From Tubulanus polymorphus (taxonomy: Eukaryota; Animalia; Nemertea): a DNA stretch of 64,000 nucleotides. The notes under the pieces were generated by a model. That model worked only from the letters and a program-made list of their open reading frames with translations, was not told the origin of the DNA and made no database searches. Shown here one piece after another: positions 26,100 to 36,940 of this stretch. Positions within the stretch are counted from its first letter, which is position 1; each line of letters opens with the position of its first letter. A program made the translations under genes and the position numbers. The stretch lies in assembly GCF_964204645.1 (NCBI RefSeq), contig NC_134025.1:29740299-29804298 (forward strand), written 5' to 3'.

Positions 26100-27180
26100 A
26101 AATCTTTATATTGCGGTAAATTTATGCAGTTACGTAGTATGGTTTGAAATTTATATATTTATTGTAGCAGGTTTTCCATTATTGTTATTACTGTATATTT
26201 TCTATTCGTTTATTGTGCATTTTGAATGCACTTGTTGAATCAGGCTTTACTTGATTAGTATATATATAACCAAGTTTAAACTGTTTATATAAGGATTTTT
26301 CATTAGCTAAGCTTTTCTAATAATGGTAATTAGTTACTAAAATCAGGAGAGTAATTAAGGAAAGGTTGGTAAGGAATGTTTTGCCCACAGTGCTTTAGAA
26401 AGAGGATTTTATTAAAGGATTTTTTAAGGATTATGAAAGAATTAATACTTCATGGCATCCGATAATCCTTTAAACATATGCAATAAACATATTACATTAT
26501 TATACAGAATTTTCTATCAATTCATATTCATATTTATATGAACACTTATATTTTGCTATGCTGTTAATAAAAGATGAATATACAATATTAAAAGGAGTAA
26601 ATCAGGAAATTTTATTTCTTGTTGTTGATGTCTATTGAGAAATCATTTATATTTAGAAATGGCTTTACAATTTTATCAAATGTCGGGATACTTTCATTGA
26701 ATAAAGCGTTAGCGAGGATCGAATTGGCGAAAGAAACTATTTTCTAACATTCGTCCGACACGGCGAAAATAGTTCATACGTCTACCGTCTAGTGCTGCCT
26801 CTATGTTAGACGTTAGCGGGGAAAACGTGAACTAACATAATACTCGCATGCCAAAGCCTTTTAGTGGATATAATGAACAAACTATTTACCGATTTGCGGG
26901 CCGGATACCGAGAAAATTACTTTTAAAAGCACCGACCCATCTGAACTGAGAACAGCGAAGAGGTTGAGCTTTTGTCAACGTTTTGAATTGAAAATATCTT
27001 TATGAATCTTTAAAAAGAGTTAATGATTAATTTATTGTGTATAAATACTAATTAATTGATAAGAAAGAGAGTTTTTGCTGATAGAATATCGTTACCAAAT
27101 CTGTCGACTTAAAAAGAAAACTTCTTTTGAATTAATAAATAATTTAAGATCTTTTATTAGTCAGCTATCACGCTAAGGCA

Positions 27181-29389
27181 TCAATAATCGAATTTTAATT
27201 TTCTCGGAGTCATGAATTGTTTAACAACGTCATCGGTGATCTTCGCTCTTCTGTCACGATGTTCTCCGACTATTTTTTGTAATAATTCTATGAGTTCTTT
27301 CTTCAAGAATCCGGTCAATAATTCACCGCTGGTATAATCCTGAAAAACACATCAGAATCATTACATTACAATCATTGGTGTTTGCTAGAATGGAGAGTCT
27401 GTATTTACAAAAGAAGTTTCCAATAAATTACCTTTCTAATTTGTTCCAGTCGATCATCATCTTCTAGGAAAAATGTCAACCACTGATATGAAATATCTAC
27501 ATCACAATTACCGCCTTTCTCCTTGTGTTCCTCTACGGTAGCGCCACCACCAGAAAACGCGTACTTATTTATCTAAACCGGAACAGAACAAATAATATCA
27601 TAATCCAACTTTCAACACATGGAAAAATAGATGGAAAATTGAAAATAGTCCTAAACAAACCTTAGTTTTAATTTGCTTATTCGTATCTGTGAGGAATACA
27701 GCAGAGTTTGGTTCACTGGCGTTCATTTTAGTTTGCGCTCCTTGAAGTGCGGGGAAGAATGTCGAATGCATTAACGCAGGTTTACTACATCCTAGTCGAG
27801 GGGCTACATCTCGGGTCATTCTGAAATACGGATCCTGAGCAAAATAAAAACATCAGAATTAGATTCAAATTATCGCCACAAAAATCCATTTGAAATACTT
27901 AAATACAGTCAAGCCTGGATATATCGCGCCTAAATTGGTTATTTAGGATTTTGTTGGTTAACGAGTATGGCGATATGTCGCGGGTTATTTTCCACTAGTT
28001 CCAAACCAAAATACTAATATTTCATTCCTGGTATATCGGGGGTTGACTGTGCTCTTAGAATTACCTGATCAATAGCACAAGGGATCAGACACGGTATATC
28101 CTTTCGACCATTGAATATCTGAGGAAATGAACTGCTAAACGAAGGAGATGCTTGTATACTGGGAAAACTGATTTTACCAATACAATCGCTATCACCAAAC
28201 CCGAATATTCCTTTAGCTTGATTGAACGTTACACATTTCTGGACTCTACACATGTTCCAATAGAATGCTTGAGATTGACTGAAAAATACACCATTATTCA
28301 AATACAGAGATTGATAATATTCATAACCAGGATCGACGCGAGGTTTTACACTTACCCGATATATTCTAAATCAGAGAAGATGAATGTTTTCTCCACATCG
28401 AATCCACAGGCAATTATATCTTTAGCATTTTCGACGGCTAAACGATGAGCTTCTTCTAAAGTGAGGTCTTTCCATAGAAATTTCTCATCATCAGTTAACT
28501 GTATGACTAACGGAATATCAAATACTTCTTGAAGCCACCTGTAACCGGATTATTACCATAATTAAGGAGGTTCCTTTCGACAGGGTTCTTACAGATCAGG
28601 GAAATCAAAATTCCCTGATATTGTCTTATAAAGAGGGCACTTGTGCCACTCCTCAAACAAGAACAACAAAAGTCCCTGATTTTTTAGAAGAGTCAGAGTT
28701 CCCTGATATTCGCTGATGAGTAAGAACCCTTACGACTAGAAATTGCAGTTATTGCTTTAGATAACAATTCACGCGTACAAAGAGGATTTTCTAAAATTTA
28801 GTCGTAATATTATGATTTCAGCTACTTACTTCGTGAACAGAAATGGAATCAAATGTCCGAGATGCATGGCATCGGAAGATGGACCTCTTCCCGTATACAG
28901 ATAAAATGGTTTCTTCTGTTCGTACAGACTCAGTATCGTGTGCATATCCCTTCAAATAACAGACAAAAAACTCTTATTTCAACATCATTTTCTAGACATA
29001 CATGTAAATCTTTTAACGGATCTCGACGGAATTTCTACCTATGCGAAAAGAAAACTCCTCTTTTCAACAAATGATGAACTGGTTTCCCTGTAACTTTAGC
29101 AATTCGTTGTATAAGTTCATCATCTATTTTCGAACTACCAAATCTCTCTGAAAAATCAAAGACATAATAATGACATCGAATAATAAGACATAGAATGAAG
29201 TATGTTTAATCTAAATCCTTCTACAAATAAATACTTACTTATCAGTTTATCATAATCGACGCCTTTAGCAGATTTACTTGTGACATTCCACGGGTCCACG
29301 ACATCATCTTCCTCTTGGTTATCGTTGACAGTCAGAGAGTTCATATCTGGTGCCGGTGGAGACTCGCTGCTTGCTGCAACCGTCGTCAT
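27181..29389 (-). CDS. WARS1: Tryptophan--tRNA ligase, cytoplasmic (~416 aa)
   Basis: Eight phase-consistent coding exons: 29389-29239, 29147-29039, 28949-28830, 28538-28356, 28278-28065, 27834-27661, 27572-27432, 27339-27181. Motifs [64 protein letters not shown] probable non-coding exon 1 ends at 29612. Confidence 0.96.
27906..28049. mobile_element. Tigger/pogo-like MITE in a WARS1 intron
   Basis: TA-CAGTCAAGCCTGGATATA ... TATATCGGGGGTTGACTG-TG imperfect TIRs. Confidence 0.65.
28582..28730. mobile_element. MITE in a WARS1 intron
   Basis: Perfect 11-bp TIR AGGGTTCTTAC / GTAAGAACCCT with repeated internal TCCCTGAT/ATCAGGGA motifs. Confidence 0.65.
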
Positions 29390-29743
29390 TACTACCTATC
29401 AATCATTCAGAGAAAATACACTAATAGAGGTGTGCGTGTATTTCATGATATTTGATTTTAGTTGCAAAATGAGTTTATCCTTCAAACTATTGAAATAAGC
29501 ATCATCCGGATCATCTCCCCATCCGTCAAATAAAAACGAATTGAATTTGTTGTAGAAAAAGCCGGTCACCGTTTTTATACGAATAATTTCAGAAAAACAC
29601 CTCACATTTACCTTCTAGAATTGTTGCTGCTAATTGACACCTTTTAGAATAATGCCGTATAATCGACCAGCTACTATTTATACCAGTATTAGTGGTAAAA
29701 TGATGAAATATTATTTTAATTAATGAAACACCGGAGACTTATC

Positions 29744-29999
29744 GTGGCTATTCGTACGGGCCCGTACGGATAATTCGGAAGCTATTCGTACGGCATGAGT
29801 GGCTTAGAACAGTAGAATGGGACCACAAAATGGTTAGCTTTTAGTTGCGTTACATGTAACTTGTAACATGATATAAGATGGGCTAACAGCCAGTGTAGCT
29901 CCTTCAATAAAATATAACCCAGTATGTACACGTCATTCATACGCGAGTCCGTACGAATAGTCTTCAGAATTATCCATACGGGTCCGTACGAATAGCCAC
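29744..29999. mobile_element. ~256-bp element with ~50-bp terminal inverted repeats between WARS1 and the UBE3A-like gene
   Basis: The left arm gtggctattcgtacgggcccgtacggataattcggaagctattcgtacgg is the near reverse complement of ccgtacgaatagtcttcagaattatccatacgggtccgtacgaatagccac. No clear TSD. Confidence 0.75.
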
Positions 30000-30174
30000 T
30001 TTGTAATATAAACTAGCTGAATTGAATTGAATTGAACTGGTATTTATTACAGCCGCTCAAAAACAAATTCGTTAAATTGTGGAGCCATTTCTGCTTTCAT
30101 ATTTTGACACTTGCCTTCAAGATGCTGATAGTTTAGTAAAGTTATAGCCTTAGTTGTACTTCCCGAAGTGAAAT

Positions 30175-33100
30175 ATGTCTCACCCCAGCACTGCTGGAAA
30201 ACGACCGTTTGACTTATTTACAACTCCAAGAGCGAGTCAACTGGATAAACTGTAAGACAGAGAGAGGGACACCACACCGTCACCGGACTTTAATTTGATC
30301 GATAGAATAGAATTAGAAAGAGTACTTTTTAATTAGGAGGAGGGTAGCAAGCCAGTTACACCATCACCAACTTAGTCTTACGGCCACAGGGCCCTGCTGA
30401 TGCAATATTTTTGTTTACCGCAGTACCTCTGATAGTGATAGGGTTAAAATAAGTTGGCTCCTGTGACGGGCTGTGAGCTGTTAGTGTTAAACTGACTACA
30501 CACCATGGCTTCTGTCAGTATACTATATTCAGATTCAGAAAGTCTAATAAAATTATATTACTTTTTCAGGACACTGAGTGCCAGTAACCTTGCTGCTTTA
30601 TCTGATAGTAATCTGTCTTTAACTGTAAGTAGGCCTATTCCGATTTATTATGAAATATGAGTTCTCCTTAAAGTCGACCTCTTCAATGATCACCTACTAG
30701 AAATGAGTTCACTCGAGAATCTAAAATCATTTTTCATTGTATTGTTTTTTCTTATAGGAAGCACAGCCAGGTCGACCTTACAATGCTCCTTTTACTGCTA
30801 CGTATATTGCGAAGGTATTGGACTCGATAGAATGAATGTGTAATCAATGATTGCACTAGGCGCCAAGTGCTTAAAGTCTTTAATGCGTTTTTTGCCATTT
30901 TCAGTATCAATTTGAGAAAAATGTGCGGCAATATTATCTTCAACTTACCGAAGGTTGCCATAAAGAAACGTGTAGTAATAGATTTTGTGCTAGTTCTCCT
31001 GGTAAGTAAATTGATTGAATCTTTCTATTGCGATTAACTTAGGATTATGAATTTGTATAATGCCTTGTACATTGTTGAACTCTTATCAGTGAGTTTTCCT
31101 TTGAACGCTCAATATCACTGAGGGTTTGGCATAGGGAATTCCACTCGGTGCAAAATTTCCCAAATGCATGTCTGCAAGATGACTTGGAAGTTGATGATTT
31201 ACCAGTGTTTTTAGCTCATAGGACATTGATAACGCGCAAATATTTTCAGATTGCGTATCGACGTCACAGAGTCTGGCATTAGTAATGAGTTTAGTGTTGG
31301 CATCTTCTCAGAATCAATACTATAAATGTTTGAGTAGTTCAGTAGATCAGCCATTGAAGGTTAGTGAAAAATTCTGGTGATTCGAGGGCATCACAAATAA
31401 GTTTTTTCATACTAGTCAATACAATTCATCAAGTTCTAGCACATTTTTCTCTTTTTCCAGAAATCTGAAAATGATCATAAAAGTTTCATTGAAACTCTTC
31501 TAAATACAACACCGTTTAGAACAATGTACACGGTACCGAACTTGGATAATCTGTTCAAAGTAGCGCATAGAGCTATACACGACCATTCACATACACTGAG
31601 TATATCAGAACACAGAGGAACGACCAGTCTTACTTCATCTCTGGAAAATCTTGCATTACAGGTACACAGATCTACAACCGGGATCACCGCTGCATTCATA
31701 TAGAATCCTCGTGTTTATAAGGATATTTATGTTTTATAGGGAAGAAGGACTAGTGCCTCTGAAAGTGAAGGATCAACTTTCAAAAAGTTGTCTCGTCAAC
31801 TCAGTAACAGTGTAGGTAATCTAAATCAATGGAGCACTGAAATGAATAGCATGTAAGTACATGATAAACATCACTCTAAATCGGTTCACTATTTCCTGGC
31901 TGTCGTTCACTGATTGATTTTGTGTTAATTGTGTCTTTCTCACAGTCACGGAGTCGACATAACATTAAACAACATTCCAATGTCTGAATCATGTCACAGT
32001 AGTCTAACGAGTCTAAGCGACGTTGCCTCGATCTGTTTCGATATAAACGATGACTTGGGGTCGGAGTTACACGAATCTGGTAGATCATTAACATCGGAAT
32101 GTGGTTCTCTCGATGGTGTTCAACAACTTTCATTAACTCATCTTACTGTTCCGATGCTCAAGGTTATTTGAACGAATAAATCAGTATTTTAAATTAGTTG
32201 TTAATGCTCCGGTGAAATATGTATTTTTTGATTTGATTGTTTTTAGGCTGCACTCGCCAAATATGATGAAACATTGGATCCATCTTTCATTCAGAATACA
32301 ATTAGAACAGTGTTTACCTCATCTGACTCATTGAATGACAGCTTTAGGGTAAATAGTTCGCATTCATCGTGATGATAATTTGAATTTTATGCTCAATATT
32401 TCATGCATACTTTGCAGATTGATGAACATTTCTCCAACAGTCCAAACAATCTTGATATAAAGGCAGTGAAAATAGCATATGATTTACTATTGAATCATTT
32501 TGATGTAAGTTTCGTGGATCCACATGATTAAGTCAACCTCTTCCATCATCTAAATTCGTAAGAATTTCTGCTTTGATTATTTTTAGAGAGATATATATAA
32601 GACAATTCTGATGAACTCCATTGAACTTCATTTATCTTCTCTCGTACCTCAAAATATCGAACCTGAAGATATCGCTCAGGTAAATTATGAACTTGTCTTA
32701 GAAATATCTGAACCAATTTCTTGTGATTTGAATATAAATTTGAATATTGTCGTTTTAGTTGATTATTCTGATGGAATGTCCGTCTTTCAAGAGGAAATTG
32801 AATCACGCTCTACGACAGAAATTCTGTAGCATAGTTTCGTTGCTTTCTGCCGCTAGTCGCGAGGAATTCTGTAAATATTTACTGAATTATGATCAGGATA
32901 GTTTTGAACGCAGGATGGGAATGTTTAGAGATCATTTTATGTTATCCTTATGTCAAAAACAAAGGTAGTTTTACGAAGACTAAATTCTGTAATTACATAT
33001 GTAGAATGTATAGGTATGTATGATATTTTTGATTACAGAACGGAGCCTCATTTGATCGAATTGGCTGAAGTTTTATCGGTATTTTTTCAAGCTAACAATA

Positions 33101-36100
33101 TGGCTGTAACATCTATTAGAGGAGCTCACATTATTCCTAAACGCATGTTTTACGTGAATGATCTCGGAAAGTATGCAATGTTTCTGTGATGATATTAGAA
33201 ATTAGAGACTCTTCAGATATTTTTTTCTTTGTACAAAACAAAATTTTTTTCATTTTTCTTGTAGGAAGTTAGACCTCAATGCTGAACACGCAGTTTGGTT
33301 CGAAAGAGTGGAAAATAACACGCAATCTTCTAATTCAGAAAGAAAAACGTCTCTTTTAGACTATCCTTTCCTTCTTGATCCTGCAGTAAGCATAACGGGA
33401 TCTTAATTCATCATTTTGTGCAAATATCTAACTATCTATCAGAAAATCAGAAAATTTTTCTCTTTGTTTCAGTCTAAAGTGTACCTTCTTCATCTTGGAG
33501 CCGTGGTTAAAATGCGACAATGTTATCAGGAAGCTCTTCTTCACCAAGCAGTAAATATAGTCATATTCTGTTTCATTCAACTTCTATTTTCTGGATATAA
33601 TCTGATATAATCTTGTTCCTTTACAGAGGATTAGTCAACTACAACACATTTTCCTAAAGGAGTCAGATAAGTAAGACACATTTGTTTTGTGAGATTTTAT
33701 GGACTATTTTGCTTACCACTAGAATGTAATATTGTGTTTTTCTAGATCTTTAACGTTAACCAATTCTATGAAGTCCGCTATGTGCCCATATTTAGTGTTG
33801 AACGTTCGCCGGGAAAGTTTGATTCCTGATACAATCTCTCAAGTAAAACTGAAAACAACCGATCTTAAAAAACCTCTGCGCGTTAAATACGTCGGAGGTG
33901 GAGAACAGGTCGGTTTGACTTATATTTCTATCAGAAATTCGTCCTCAGTATTTGTTACTTTCATTGATGTATTGATGTATAATCGCAGGGAGTCGATTAC
34001 GGCGGATTACAGAAAGAATTCTTCCAGTTGATCTGTTTGGAAATATTTGATCCCGATTACGGAATGTTCATCGAAAAAGATAACGGAAATGTTCTGTGGT
34101 TTAACGGAAACTCGTACGAGAATGAGGAAGAATTTGAATTGGTTGGCGTCATTTTGGGTAAAAAATTGTTCAGGACCCAGTTCTACCCCAGAACTGATTC
34201 CAGGGCCCAGTTTCACGAAAAAGTTTAAGCCTAAAACGGTTAAGTTTGAATTGTTGTCCTCATTGAAAACATGAAGTAACCAATAGCAATTCGACAAAAA
34301 TTTGAGTTAACTTTTTTGTGAAACTGGTTCCAGAACAATAACTCCATCCGTCTCAAGATGGAGTGAAATTCAACCTAATCAGTATTATTTGAGTATTTTA
34401 ATTCGTAGGTTTAGCCATCTACAATGGTGTTATTTTGGATATTCGGTTGCCTAATGTCATCTACAAGATGTTACAAGGTCGCGTCGTCACTATCGAAGAT
34501 TTCGAAGAAATCGAACCAAACTTCGCGCGTGGATTGAAAGAAATGTTGAAATATCCCGATGATGATGTCGAGGATATTTTTTGTCAAACATTCCAGGTAT
34601 GGATATATTATCAGTGTGATATGATGTGGTATTGTATCGATAGATATATCTGTGTTATGGATAGTTTTCTATGTTTGTATAGATTACTGAAGAAGTCGTT
34701 GGTGAACAGAAACTTCGTAATATTGATCTGATCCCCAACGGGAGCCAGACTAATGTCACTAATGAGGTATATAAACACGTGTATCATATCTCTAATGATT
34801 GTAGACATCGCACCTGTGACATTTCGTTTCTATCGACGAGACACGTTATTCGCGCTGTTAATTATTGTTATTGTTGTTATTTCAAGAATCGATTTGAATT
34901 CGTCGAAGCTGTCGTGAACTACAAGTTGAATATCAGCATCGAAAAACAATTCCAGGTCAGGAAGAATTTAATTTCTAGCAGCGGTATAGAGGGAGCATTA
35001 ATGCGCCATAGCTGGGACAATCCTATCTTGGCGATTTGCACTTATTAGATTGAATTGGATATCGGAATTAGACTCACAAAGGCATCTGACGACTTCAACT
35101 AGTATATTCTAAGATGAAGAATTTAATTTGATTTTCTATTATATTTTTTTAGGCGTTCAGTCGTGGTTTTCATAAAGTCTGCGGTAATCAAGGTTTATCC
35201 CTATTTGAACCCGAAGAAATAGAATTGCTCGTTTGTGGAAATCCTGTTCTTGTAAGTTACAACACGGCGTAATTGATTGAAAATGTTTAAGTTGAAAATT
35301 GACTCCCGAGTTAAACAATTGCTGTTGAACTGAATTAGAGTCAAATAACTTCATCTACACTTCACTGCCATAATTTTAGACTTCTCTTCAAACGACATCA
35401 TTCATAACGATGGCTTTCATTCACTCAATACTCGGAGATCAATTGAAATGCATTCCTTATTCGTATACAATGCTTTCAGGAATTTTCTGAGCTGGAGAAA
35501 TCAGCGACGTACGATGATGGATATCATTCGTATCATATCGTTATCAAGTGGTTTTGGAAAATCGTTCACGAAATGGAAAACGCGCAGAAACGGAAATTGT
35601 TGAGATTTGTTACGGGTAGCGATCGTATCCCGTTGAAAGGACTTTCACATTTACCATTAGTCATACACAGGAGTGGACCAGACTCTGATAGGTAACACTA
35701 CTACACGGTACAGTCTAACTCGGTGAAGTTGTCATCAGAGTTGTACTCACATTAGTGAAGTTGTCATTATTTTCGCGTCCCAATTTATATTCGCAATTCA
35801 ATTATCATGATCGTCTCTGCTACGAAATCTAAAGCGAGTTTGACAGTATTCAACTTATTCTGATATTCAGTGGTCTGAAGCAATCGATTGCCCAAAAAAA
35901 AAACTATTTCAAGTATCTTTTGAAAGCTTTTTCACTAGCTTTCAGTTTTTGCAAATACTTTTTACTGATTTATTTTTACGGGACGTGGCTTATTTTACCT
36001 GCCCAAACTTTTGGATAATTAATAGCAACAGATACGATATAGTTGTATGTGATTAGGGAGAATTAGAGATTGTATTAATTGTATTTATTGTATTTCAGAT

Positions 36101-36219
36101 TACCTACAGCTATGACTTGCTTTAATCGACTGATGCTTCCTGAATATTCATCTATTGATAAATTACACGCTCAATTGAATATGGCAGTAGAAAGCAGTAA
36201 AGGATTCGGATTGGCTTGA
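30175..36219 (+). CDS. UBE3A/E6AP-like HECT E3 ubiquitin ligase with N-terminal AZUL zinc domain (~964 aa)
   Basis: 24 phase-consistent exons: 30175-30251, 30570-30624, 30758-30814, 30905-31001, 31250-31359, 31461-31661, 31740-31852, 31946-32162, 32247-32348, 32418-32504, 32587-32679, 32759-32964, 33039-33170, 33265-33385, 33473-33550, 33627-33670, 33746-33908, 33989-34157, 34409-34596, 34683-34766, 34887-34955, 35153-35251, 35480-35691, 36099-36219. AZUL motif [22 protein letters not shown]; HECT motifs [48 protein letters not shown], terminal GFGLA. The first three exons are less certain, and orthology to UBE3A is unresolved. Confidence 0.88.
34171..34333. mobile_element. MITE family A, copy 2 (34201-34333), preceded by a 27-bp mini-element, in intron 18 of the HECT gene
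   Basis: Reverse-complement match to 24369-24502, with TIRs ggcccagtttcac / gtgaaactggttc. The upstream GACCCAGTTCT..AGAACTGATTC resembles the ends of the 60115 element. Confidence 0.85.
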
Positions 36220-36927
36220 AGAATATTGACTATTATAAGCGCGCGGCGGCTGTTGTGTAATTTCTGTGCGTGTTCCACCGCGTACAGAATTCTTAGTGAG
36301 ATTTAATTAGAAACATCCGTTCAGCGGCGAATTTGCCGTTATTAGTAAACTGTACCCGACCGCTCTGATTGACTATTAATACTGATTTACCGCAACGTAA
36401 CGCCTCTCAATGTAAACTTTAAACGTTTAAAAGGTGAAACAATTAACGCTCGGAAGTTCGTTCGTACTGATTGATGGTTTATACTGTACATTCTATATCA
36501 TGTTTAACAAGTCATGAAAATAAAATATTATGGTGCTATTTCAAATAGCTCGCGTAGCGTTGATTTTCGATGCGTTTTGAGGAGATTCGAGGATCGAATA
36601 TCGGCAAAAAAGTATGAATGCCAAGTGAGAGGTTGTCGTTCAAAATATATTCAAGTGACATCAATCGACGAAGGATGAATGAATTGACTGTTGGTACTTC
36701 GTGAAATTTATGCATCTAAACCATTCGCAGTCGAGGATGTCTGCATAATTAGTTCAACGTAATTGGAGTTAGTTACTACAAACACCCCACCGAGGGTTGA
36801 CGATTAGCACCGAGGGCTCCTCGATCATAGGAAGGTACAAATGGGATTATAGTATGCGACAAGGCTTTTAACAAGTTAATTATTCAGATGAGCTGCAGAT
36901 CGACGTATCTTCACGTGTTGTGTGTTA

Positions 36928-36940
36928 GAGAGAGAGAGAG
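36928..36940. repeat. Short (GA)n microsatellite
   Basis: agagagagagagag read directly. Confidence 0.6.

Noticed and set aside
29239-29389. WARS1 lacks an N-terminal WHEP domain
   Set aside because: Expected for many non-vertebrate TrpRS enzymes; not novel.
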